A stretch of 64,000 bases of DNA from Tubiluchus corallicola (taxonomy: Eukaryota; Animalia; Priapulida): NCBI GenBank assembly GCA_030141605.1, contig JAQGDQ010001080.1:643-64642 (forward strand), in the 5' to 3' direction. The notes under the pieces are model-generated. The model was not told where the DNA came from. It made no database searches and was given only the letters and a program-made list of their open reading frames with translations. Positions within the stretch are counted from its first letter, which is position 1; each line of letters begins with the position of its first letter. The position numbers and the translations under genes were made by a program. Below, piece after piece: positions 53,467 through 64,000 of the stretch.

Positions 53467-53529
53467 GAAGAGACGCATGTGGGTAGCATGATTTAATAAA
53501 TTTCAATTGAAATCACCTGTAATAATTAA
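53467..53529 (-). mobile_element. Continuation of the LINE APE domain on the far side of the Kolobok-like insertion
   Basis: Reads LIITGDFN*NLLNHATH in frame with ...CQSKHL ending at 58941-58960. Confidence 0.92.
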
Positions 53530-54839
53530 GAGTCATTCCATGAGAAAATCAGCAAAATGGTGGAAGGTGACAAATCACCGATTTTGTTCATATTCACAGG
53601 GTTTGATGGTCCCCCCAGATGTACCCCACAGCCAAAATATTAGATTTCAGAAATTAGCCGTTTCTGAGAAAAGCCGCCATTTTGATTTTTTTCGGATTTT
53701 GGCCATTTTGGCGTAAAAAATTGCCCATTATTTCTCACGTTATTACAGACAGTAAATGAGCGATCCAGCACTAGTTAATTGGTGATATATATAGTAGGGG
53801 TCTTACCCTACCGTACCATTATCGTTGCCAAATTGAACCTCCTTTTCAGTTGGTGTCATCAGATTGCAAAAGATACGTGTCTGCTGCTGAATTTAGACGC
53901 CATTTTGAAATTCCCATAACTCCACTGGGGCGAGTATTGGGGGACTAATCAATATATTTTTATTTGCAGCTTGACTAGTCCTACAAATGCGTGAAATAAA
54001 ATTTTGGCCAGCGATCTCACAAGAGTCCAGAATTTTTAGCCAAAGTTGCTCTTTTTTGCCATTTTCACAACCTTGAAATATATTTAGCTATTCGCCGTTG
54101 GATGACGGTGTTGCCATTAGAATCGATACAAAGTGCAGCAACGTCAATGTTTATAGTAGTAATGGACTGGCTTTAGATGTCTGGGCACTCGTAGCAACCA
54201 GGCCCCTCATCAGGGGGCCACAATCCCTTCGAAGGGCCCCTGTGACGATTACAACATAGTGATTTTTATAATCTGTATAAAGCACGGTATAGTTTCATGT
54301 ACATAATAACAGTTTCGTGTACAGGTGTTCGGGCTATATACCTATGGCCCGTGGCTCAATGCGGACAAGGCGAGGCAAGGCACTATTTGTGAAATTGTGT
54401 TGAAACCGCCACAAGCATCGAATATAACATGTTGCGAGCCAATTTTTAAAACGCGCACAGCTTTGTGTGGTCTTGTATTCAACAGGCGAATAGTTGTCAG
54501 TCCCTGATATTTTTCCTCAAATCAATTCGAGTTAATAGTTAGTTAGTTGGGCCAGTACGACCCTGCCTCGGCCGTTACATACTAATTCCGACTCTGTGCA
54601 ACGTATGTTTCAAGCCATTCGCTCACATTGTATTTAACCGCCAGGTTTCCACCGTCTCGTAAAGATGTACGCATATACACCGACTACCATATTCAACAAC
54701 AAATTCTTTACGTCCACGACTATTTTTTATTCGCCAATATTCAATGAAAAGTCGCACTGTAGTAAATAATAATAAGCTAATAATTGATAATACATACAGT
54801 AAGCTGCTACTGTGTGTTGCTATGGTAACCTCCTTATCA

Positions 54840-55161
54840 AAAGAGACACAGAGAGACACAGAGAGACAAAGAGAGGCAGAGAGACAGAGGCAGAGAGACA
54901 GAGGGAGTCACAGAGAGACACAGAGAGACAGAAACAGAGAGAGACACAGAGAGACAGAGAGAGACACAGAGACACACAGAGAGACAGAGAGAGACACAGA
55001 GAGATAGATAGAGACACAGAGACACACAGAGAGACAGAGAGAGACACAGAGAGATAGATAGAGACACAGAGAGACACAGAGAGAGACAGAGAGAGACAAA
55101 GAGAGACACAGAGAGACACAGAGAGACAGAGAGAGAGACAAACTGAGACAGAGAGAGACAC

Positions 55162-55230
<69 letters not shown>

Positions 55231-55331
55231 GACACAGAGAGACACAGAGAGACAGAGAGAGACACAGAGAGACAGAGAGAGACACAGAATGACAGAGAGA
55301 GACAGAGAGACAGACAGAGACAGAGACAGAG
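54840..55331. repeat. (GA)n/(GAGACA)n compound microsatellite, block 1
   Basis: Direct inspection. Confidence 0.98.
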
Positions 55332-57271
55332 ATTATTATTATTATAACTCTATTTTACTATATATATTAACATAAATACATACATAATATACATAAATTC
55401 CCTCTATTTGCAGGGACGAGTATGAGCACTATTATAATAAGTTTGAAAATAATTACAATTGTCCCTTTTAATATCACTGGTGACATTGATAACAGCAAAA
55501 CATTTATATAGAAAAACATATCAATAACTACAAGCAACATAGCTAGCTTTACATTTAAATTTATATTTACATAATTTTACGAATAACTCTTACTTTAATA
55601 TATTCACTGACGGGTAGCAATCTAATTATATAAAATGACAGTAACTACACTTCACATTTTTAAAAATAAATTCCACGTTTTTTCGGCTATATTTTCCTCT
55701 TTAGCATTTTTAACAATTTCTACAAACGCATTAATAGCATTTCTACTTCTTATTCTGTATATATCTTTAAGTTGCCTAGATGGAAGTGCAGTTTCAAGTT
55801 TCCTTCTGAGTTCGTCTTTTATTAGAGGACAGTTAAAAATTATATGTTTGGCTGTTTGCATTGCATTTACACATATCAGTTTCTATCAGACCGATTCTAT
55901 TGCTAAATTCATTACAACCTCTCCCTAATAATGAGTTGAAAGCAATGGTTTCAATAACACGTTCATTTTTTGTTATTTGCAGATCTAAAGGTTTTGCGCA
56001 AACTTTAACTTCTTCAAAAGGGTTTCCAGCTAACTGGTTGCAATGCAACAGTTTTCTTTTCCATTATTAGAGGACAGTTAAAAATTATATGTTTGGCTGT
56101 TTGCATTGCATTTACACATATCAGTTTCTATCAGACCGATTCTATTGCTAAATTCATTACAACCTCTCCCTAATAATGAGTTGAAAGCAATGGTTTCAAT
56201 AACACGTTCATTTTTTGTTATTTGCAGATCTAAAGGTTTTGCGCAAACTTTAACTTCTTCAAAAGGGTTTCCAGCTAACTGGTTGCAATGCAACAGTTTT
56301 CTTTTCCATAGAAACGTCTTTTTGACATTCTTTCTTTGTGTATTTTAAATTGTCTTGTGGAATTGACTGTAACATTTCATTTCGATTTGCGTTCAGACCT
56401 TTAATGGTTTTTAAGAATAATCTAGTCTTATTTAGGTGTTCTGCCAGGAAATGGTTCCAATATTCAGCACTGATGTAATTCTCATCCGCCTTAATTAGTT
56501 CTTTTCTGACTAAGTCATCTGCAGGTAAAGTAAGTAATTTCAAAACTGACTTAACAGATAAAACAGAATAAATAACATCCATTGATGGTAGTCCTGTAAT
56601 TAATTAACTTTCAATTTTTGGAGGATTAAAACCTACTCCTGTTGCCGTTTTTAACACATCATATAGTATATCGTCAAAAGCCGTGATGTTCTTTGCTAAC
56701 CAAGCTATCGAGGCGTACAAAATCGTTGGAAGTACCATGATATTAAAAAGTCTCAAAATTGTCTTCATATGCAAACCTTTGTGCCGGAAACAAAACTGCT
56801 TTATCTGGTGCCATGTTTTCCACGCCTTTTTCCTGGTATCTAGCACGTGAGCGTTAAAATCTAATTGATTGTCCACTGTGACACCCAGCACTCTGCTTTT
56901 TCTTACATAATCAATAGGATTATTTCCAAATTTGAGGTTTGGTGGGTCTGGTTCCCAATTCAAAATTTTTGAGTTCTTGTACAAAATGGCTTCAGTTTTG
57001 TTTTTGGCACAGTTTATGTTCATCCGCCACTTCTTACACCAAGTGTACAGTTTATCACAACATTTTTGTGCTTTTAAGTAACATACGTAGTTTGTGTCAG
57101 CTGTGATTAGCAAAGAACCATCATCTGCATATTTAAATTTTTCACAGCATACTTCATCATCTATTGATTCAAACATGTCAATGACATACAACAAAAACAG
57201 TAATGGTGACAAAACGGAACCTTGTGGGAGACCCAACTGACAATTGTACTTTGGAGATGTATAGACCATTA
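55332..57271 (-). mobile_element. 5'-truncated non-LTR retrotransposon (RT C-terminal half, CCHC-like end, (TAA)n tail); clade unresolved
   Basis: GLPQGSVLSPLLFLLYV, FKYADDG, WCKKWRMNIN, RVLGVTVDNQLDF; C-terminal CKC...QTAKHIIFNCP; tail attattattatt at 55332-55346. Confidence 0.93.
55819..56308. repeat. 245-bp perfect tandem duplication inside the LINE
   Basis: attagaggacagttaaaaatt starts at 55821 and 56066; the ORF track shows identical 71-aa ORFs. Confidence 0.97.
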
Positions 57272-57349
57272 AGAGACAGAGAGAGACACAGAGAGACAGA
57301 GAGAGAGACAGAGAGAGGCACAGAGAGACAGAGAGAGACAGGGACAGAA

Positions 57350-57420
<71 letters not shown>

Positions 57421-57424
57421 CAGA
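57272..57424. repeat. (GA)n/(GAGACA)n microsatellite, block 2
   Basis: Direct inspection. Confidence 0.98.
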
Positions 57425-57937
57425 GATTCAGATTCAGATTCAATATTTTATTTCAAACTTCGCAAAGTTCATAAACACATCACAAATTAATACATATAAT
57501 ACAATAAATCATGAAACACAACAATAACACAGATAACAATTAACTATATAAGAAACTACGCCAATGACATCTAATTGCAGAAGTAAAGTTTACGTCACTG
57601 TTTAAAATGTTTTTGCATATAAAATTTTCACTCTTATTTAGCCTGACATATAAACTATATGCACATTTTCTGTGAATCACATCAAAATAAATAATATTAA
57701 GTCTAGTAGAAATATATCTTGCACTGGTATCATATGAAAAGTTAAAAAGCTTTCTTGTTGATACATTATATGCAACCTTGAGTTTGCTGAGATTGTAAGA
57801 ATAAAAATGTCTCCAAGTGGACATACAATAAAAAGTAGTGCAGTAAGCATTAAACAATTGTCTCTTCACGTTAACTGAACAGTGAGTAAATTTCATGAGT
57901 AATTTATTTGCTCTACCATAGTAAATTGAACATTGCC
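57425..57937 (-). mobile_element. 3' end of a second non-LTR retrotransposon (RTEX-like) with (GAATCT)n tail
   Basis: ORF 57540-57896 FTHCSVNVKRQLFNAYCTTFYCMSTW...LKVAYN..RKLF resembles post-RT RTEX C-termini; agattcagattcagattc at 57424-57441. Confidence 0.8.
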
Positions 57938-58047
57938 ACAGAGAGACACAGAGATACAGAGACAGAGAGAGACACAGAGAGACAGAGAGAGACAGAAAGA
58001 GACAGAGACAGAGAGAAACACAGAGAGACAGAGAGAGACACAGAGAG

Positions 58048-58142
<95 letters not shown>

Positions 58143-58357
58143 GACAGAGACAGAGAGAGACAGAGAGAGACACGGAGAGACAGAGAGAGACTCAGAGAGA
58201 CAGAGAGAGACTCAGAGAGACAGAGAGAGACACAGAGAGACACAGAGAGAGACACAGAGAGACAGAGAGACAGGAAGAGACAGAGAGAGACAAAGAGAGA
58301 GACACAGAGAGACAGAGAGAGACACAGAGAGACAGAGAGACACACAGAGAGACAGAA
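57938..58357. repeat. (GA)n/(GAGACA)n microsatellite, block 3
   Basis: Direct inspection. Confidence 0.98.
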
Positions 58358-58940
58358 ACTGTAATTTATCGTTTCTTTTTGAAATTTTCATGTTTTTTTA
58401 TTCAGAATTATGAATAATTCGTACTAATTTTTTTCCGATTTAGGTCACATTCAAGATCGAATCTCGCCAGGTTATGGACGAGCTGGCCAAAATTTTATTA
58501 ATGATATAAGTATGCCCGGTCAAGCTGTATATAAACATATATTAATTATATTTCAAATGTGTCATTCAGACTGTAGCAGACACGCATCTTTCATGAGCTC
58601 ATGATACCTACTGAAAGAGAATCTCAATTCATCAAACTCAATGTGACAATAGGGCAAGACCCCTATTATATATACCACCCAGCAACTAGTCCTGGGTCAT
58701 TCATTTACTGCCTGTAATGATGTGACAAATATAGTTCATTTTTTTACGTCAAATTGGCCAAAATCCGAAAAAAATCAAAATGGCGGCCTATCTCCGAAAC
58801 GTCTCATTTTTGATATCTAATATTTTGGCTGTGGGGTACATCTGAGGGGATCATCCAACACTGTGAATGTGAACAGAATCGGTGATTTGTCACCTTCCAC
58901 TATTTTTTGACTTTTGCATGGTTTTCTCGCGGAATGACTC

Positions 58941-59355
58941 TTAAGTGTTTAGATTGGCAAGTTAATGAATTGATTATTGTTGTAAGTTTGTCAATAAACG
59001 TTACAAGATTTTCACCTGGTTGATAAATAACGCCTATTATAATATTTTTAGTTTGATCACAAATAATCTCTATAAATAATGATTCAATATGTTTATCAGA
59101 TAAATTATACTGCCTCAAAACAGTGAAAGCTAATTCCTGGGAAATAAATATGGCAACACCACCACCAGCTTTATGTGTACGGTTATTGTATGCTAATTTG
59201 CATCCTGGTAAGTTACATAATATGCCATGTTCCTCAGCTGACCATGATTCAATTAACGCAATATTTGAATATTTAATATTGAGTAATTGAAGATAAATAC
59301 ATAAATGGTCATAATTTTTTTGTAAACTACGCACATTTGAATGTAAAACGGACAA
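58941..59355 (-). pseudogene. LINE ORF2 apurinic-like endonuclease (APE), interrupted
   Basis: SVLHSNVRSL, IALIESW, NRTHKAGGGVAIFI, IESLFIEI, NIIIGVIYQP. Confidence 0.95.
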
Positions 59356-59423
59356 AGGAGATTAAATTGTTAATTAGAGAGTTGAATGTTGGTCATCAAA
59401 GTATTTGCTGGCTTTAATACTAT

Positions 59424-59770
59424 TTAGTCCGTTAAAATAATGTTGATCTGGATCCAGATCAGTAATGGGCAAAGAGTCGAAATGTCGAAATTGAAATTAA
59501 ATAATTCATTGTCTATCATAGATCCAATATTAGAATACCTAGTGATAAATTTGAATTCATCGTCATCAGTGATATTGTTAAAGGGCAGAATAGTTTGTAG
59601 ACAAAAGTGACAGAACCAGTTATTGTTCTTGTCAGTTAAATTGTTGTAATCAGTCAAAGTTAAATTTGTACATTTAAGATGCATCCATTGCTCACAGCAG
59701 TTGCAAAACAGTCCAAGTTGGTTATTTTTAACAGATTTAGTACATGATGAATATGGAAATTTAGGCATTA
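59424..59770 (-). pseudogene. PHD finger at the N-terminus of LINE ORF2 (frameshifted from APE)
   Basis: MPKFPYSSCTKSVKNNQLGLFCNCCEQWMHLKC...WFCHFCLQTILPF; first Cys of the C4HC3 pattern replaced by Tyr. Confidence 0.88.
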
Positions 59771-61664
59771 TTCTGACGTTCCTGGCGTAATATGTACATG
59801 TGGATATGACCATGATTATTGATGATGAGAATGATGTAATATGATAAAAATAAAAAACAAATTAATGAGTATGGGGTCAGAAGTAAAAAAATGTAGGCAT
59901 ATGTGATAATCAGGAGTTGAAGTGTTTACATGAAATAGCCGTAAATGATAATGTTTAAAAATTTCGACTCATAAATTTAATGTCATTTCTATTATACAAC
60001 AGCTTTTAAAGGCCAAAACAAGAAACTTGACGAGAAACGTGTCCGTATAAAAACATAAAGAAAATCAGTTAAGCAGCACTGTCTACTATGAAATATTTGT
60101 ACATGTGCACGTACAAGCTCGCACACATGCACACTCACACAATTAAAACACGCACCGTTCTCCGCACATCCTCAACCACACGCACCCGCACATTCAAGAG
60201 CATGTACATGCACACGAGTATTTAGGTTTCAACATAATTATAGAATTTACATGTAATTTATATGTAGATGTAGAAGCAGTACAATGTATTAAACTGTATA
60301 CTGCATAACGAACTACAAAACCGGCAATAATATTTTATATATTCAAATGTTCAGGCATTTACTAAGACTTTTGCACTCACACAATTTTTTTTGCGTATTC
60401 AATTGTTCAGGGAATCACTAGAAATATACACGTATACACTTGGATACAAGTACATCTAATCTGACTAATCAGTTACTGATAATCATGCACCGGTTTTATG
60501 AAATGAAACCTTCGGGGATCAGGGACTTTTCCGTTAGAATCAGAGTTAACTTGACATTGATACACACAATAATTGTACAGTAATGTTCAGTGTGTACTAA
60601 TCAAGTTAGCAAAATAGGGTACAGTACTGTTGCATATACCTAAATGTTCAGTGCTTAATCGATAAGTTATAAAACGTGAAACGGAATTTGCATAAAAATA
60701 AGCTATACTATAGACGTATGACGGGGTAATATGTAAAAGTTAAAGAAAATAAGAAATATAATGTTAAACTATTACGCACGAGAAACTACAGAATCATAGG
60801 TATACGAAACAATAAACAGTAATAAAATGTGATGACATTACAATTGCGCCGACCCATTCAATTACAGTTTGTTTATCAATCGGACAAAAGGTAAAGGTCA
60901 TACTGTATGAATAAACGAGAACACAAGAACCAACGGTCCTGCAAAACGTGAACAAAATCATGTACGCCAAAAATACAATTTATGGAAACTAGTACAGAAA
61001 GAAACCCTTCAAGTTTGAAACGAAAACTGTAACTGTGGATCAATTCATGAAAACTAACGTATTTTTTATATTCATGAAAATACGAAAATAATATAATATA
61101 ATATCTATAATATAATATAATATATAATATAATGCAGGAAGGCATATATTATTATGTAGAATACTTAAAGAATGAATGTGACAAAACACATGTATTATAC
61201 AACAAGAAGAAGTGGATTAAATTAAAAATGCGACTGGCTTGCGAATTTAGCACCACTTAGAAGGATAGGCATAATTATCAAAACTAATTGCTGGCAGTTC
61301 TAAATCTCGTGGACATAGACCTATACTCCAGTAGCAGTAAAAAAGTATATATATAACTAATAAGCCTAGGTAATATTATACGAAGTACAAAATTAGATAC
61401 AGGTGCCACTGGGTATACAATATTACAGTAGAATAACAAAATACCCGTTTAACGGATTAAACGCCTTACCATGTGTTGCAGAAGGTGAGACTACATGATA
61501 ATAGCCTTTGAATCATTGGAAAGAAAATAGACAAGACACGCTAAGAAATTGTAAGCTGAATCAAACGAGTATGGGTAAATGTTTTACCAATAATTGAAAC
61601 CAAAAATTAACTTTACCTAACATGATAAAATTACAACAATCTTACAGTTACATCAGGTTGCATC

Positions 61665-62513
61665 TCAATTAGTCGCATTAGAGCAGTCTGTTTGCAAAGG
61701 TGTAGTGTAACGCTTCAGATCTTCCAAACTAGAAATCTCAGTTATGTCAGTCCCTCCAGTCAGTTTTATGAAAACTCGGCCATCACGGGTCCAGGTGGTG
61801 CACTTTTTCATTTTTGCCATCTCCCTTGTATGTTTATAGATGCGAGCACTCAAACTCGACAAGTGTTCGTTAATGTAAATACTGTTGTTGTTCTTGCTTG
61901 CACCAAAGTCACCTAAATTGTGCGCTCTGCACGTCTTTAATTTATTTTTATTACGAAGCAGCTCACGTTTCTTCCTTTTACTATTAAATCTAACAATGAT
62001 AGGAGAACACAGTTCCGGTCTGCTACTAGGTACTCGGTGAGTATTATTAATTTTGTACAGCTCCAATTTAACACGAATATGGTTTGCTACATCTGAAACT
62101 ATCTTGACTGCATCCTCAGCGTTTGTTTCTGTCATAACAATAATTTCAAGGCAGTCATTTCCCTGGCACCTCTCTAATTTGTTAATTTTTTCTTCTAAAG
62201 TTGTGTTAAACTGCTTCAGCTTTTTGAATCTGTCTTCCAAATCATCTTTCAGCAATGTTGTATTGGTATTAACAGAAGTCTGAACTGTCTGAACTTCGTA
62301 GAACACTGAATTGATCTTAAGTTGTTCATCCTTTAACTCTCTTATATCGTTCATTGTCTTATCAAGTGCAGTAAGCTGACTCAAAATTTTGTCCAATTTT
62401 TGGTCCTGAGTTGTTGATATTTCTACGGTTTCAATATCTGAACTATTATTCATGCCTTCTGATTGTTTATTAGCTGACCGTAATGAGCTTCGTTTATCGT
62501 TTTGCTTTGGCAT
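61665..62513 (-). CDS. LINE ORF1 protein (coiled coil + RRM + C-terminal domain; L1-ORF1/FP25K-like), open 282 aa
   Basis: Heptad-rich N half, then NDCLEII, THRV, PIIVRF, IYINEHLS, TWTRDGRVFIK. Confidence 0.88.
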   Translation of the reverse strand: MPKQNDKRSSLRSANKQSEGMNNSSDIETVEISTTQDQKLDKILSQLTALDKTMNDIRELKDEQLKINSVFYEVQTVQTSVNTNTTLLKDDLEDRFKKLKQFNTTLEEKINKLERCQGNDCLEIIVMTETNAEDAVKIVSDVANHIRVKLELYKINNTHRVPSSRPELCSPIIVRFNSKRKKRELLRNKNKLKTCRAHNLGDFGASKNNNSIYINEHLSSLSARIYKHTREMAKMKKCTTWTRDGRVFIKLTGGTDITEISSLEDLKRYTTPLQTDCSNATN

Positions 62514-62689
62514 TTCTAATATTATTCAGTACGAACATATCATCAGTACCAAAATCGTAAACACTCATAATTAACAGCCGTAATGCATGTAAGACACGAC
62601 TTCAACTCACATAGTGTGCAAGGTACAGTATCGCACTAAGTGAAGCACAGTCCGCGCGACACGTCTGCACGCTGTGCTGGCTTAAACCT

Positions 62690-62980
62690 GACAACCTGAC
62701 TCATCATATTGGTAAGCTCGTTCTTTAGTGTCTGGATCAAACACATAAGATGTGTTCTGTATCATAAATTTGTTCACAACTTTTACTCTCTTGATCATGC
62801 AGAATGCTAGTGTTTGTTCATATAAGTGTTAATGTAAAATTTGTAATGTGCAAGTCAATATGTATTTCATGAGCGTTAATCCCTGGAGACGTATCATCAA
62901 CTGTACATTCTTATAATGGACTTTGTGTCTTTTATATTTTATTGTTTACTACAATAAAATTATTAATATAAATATAAAGA
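62690..62980 (+). mobile_element. Possible 3' tail of another LINE
   Basis: T-rich UTR-like stretch ending caataaaattattaatataaatataaa; no diagnostic peptide. Confidence 0.3.
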
Positions 62981-64000
62981 TTGTGTTATCGACTGTAAGA
63001 TAAAAGTAGTCTGTAGCGGAATAATGCAAATCATTATGATTCAAAAACCTGTTGTTAAGCAAAAACCGTTTACTATAACTATTTGGATTTGCTAGTATAT
63101 CATTTCGTATTATGGTATTTGTATGTAAGCCACTATTATCTCATTAAATTTGTACAAAAGGAGTGGACGAACTACTAATTTATTTACATGTTACCCACGT
63201 TTCTGCAGAAGCAAATTGAATACACTTTCTGTAAACGCATTTCATGTTACTTGAATTAGAAGCTGAAGTGACGATAGATTTTTGCGACTATTATTCTTGA
63301 ATTTTGTAACTGGAAAGTACCTAAGTTAAATTTTACGAAAATAATTTTTTACGAGGCCAAATACATCAATGAATAATTACATAAAATTGTTGTTATAGTG
63401 GTTTGACTGTTATTGTTCTCATCGCAATTTTTCCGATAAACATATGAAAGAACGCACAAGCTGCTGAGTCAACAGTTTTCTGGCAATCCAGCAGATGCAA
63501 ACTCAGCATAAGGCTTAAGGTATTTTAGATTAAGCAAAACATTTTTGTTTGCAGTTGAACTCAGTAGTTTTTACAGCTGGTGTACTTAGTGATACAGTCA
63601 TGATTAGAAACGTTGGAAAGCAAAAAGAAACTCAGACTCAAAAAAGAAATTTTGAAGTACAGTGTGTTAAGTGTTGTCTTTTCTTTAGCATTGTTTGTAT
63701 AACAGTGGTACTACCAAAACTATATAACGAAACAAAGGTGATAAAGACATACCTGAACGATGATGATAGTGGTGAGTACTTGCTTCATTTTATATTATCA
63801 TCTGGCGTTAATTTGGTGTGATAGAAGCGGCTAATGTAAATGCTGACAAATATTATACAAGACATTTTTTTATAATTTTTTTGAGACAGCGTTTAGAAAA
63901 AAGCAAGTAGAACGACAATGACTTTTTAGTTAAACGCAAAAATAAATACAATTCTGCTAAACACGTTTGACGAGAACAAGGCCAGTATGGCACTTCTAAA

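Larger units (their letters stand above)
53530..58940. mobile_element. Non-autonomous Kolobok-like DNA transposon with ~470-bp TIRs and TTAA target duplication
   Basis: TTAA(53526-53529)|GAGTCATTCC ... GGAATGACTC|TTAA(58941-58944); arms ~53530-54013 and ~58483-58940 align as reverse complements. TTAA TSD with purine-purine 5' ends is the Kolobok hallmark (piggyBac ends are usually CCY). Confidence 0.88.
58941..62680 (-). mobile_element. 5' half of a CR1/L2-group (Crack-like) LINE: 5' UTR, ORF1, long spacer, PHD, APE
   Basis: Three co-oriented domains in LINE order; GC-richer 5' end near 62590-62680. Confidence 0.88.

Noticed and set aside
54744-55285. RE/SL-repeat ORFs (also 57203-57490, 57893-58417)
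   Set aside because: Translations of GA microsatellites; the N-terminus of ORF 56604-57443 is likewise spurious.
63549-63821. 90-aa ORF with a hydrophobic stretch as a host exon
   Set aside because: Non-ATG start, no recognisable motif; a donor-like GTGAGT at ~63772 alone is insufficient evidence.

Overview
AT-rich eukaryotic (most likely invertebrate animal) DNA with no intact host gene, rRNA, tRNA or CRISPR array that I can support. The window is a nest of decayed transposable elements and local duplications. Bases 1-53.4 kb are a patchwork of large direct duplications (1-6.8 kb vs 21.6-26.3 kb; 10.4-12.1 kb vs 37.6-39.5 kb; 12.5-15.3 kb vs 49.8-52.5 kb), plus an inverted copy (42.2-45.5 kb) of an unidentified modular repeat family that keeps coding-like signatures. 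Inserted in it are piggyBac and hAT transposase relics, CR1/L2 reverse-transcriptase fragments, a Gmr1-type Gypsy LTR retrotransposon (integrase upstream of RT) abutting a second Gypsy, and several mini/microsatellites. Bases 53.5-62.7 kb hold a CR1/L2-group LINE (ORF1, PHD, APE). It is split in-frame at a TTAA by a 5.4-kb Kolobok-like element with ~470-bp TIRs, whose GA-rich microsatellite received two different LINEs in the same orientation. All alignments and translations outside the ORF track were done by eye; family names are motif-based inferences, not database hits, and most element boundaries are approximate.
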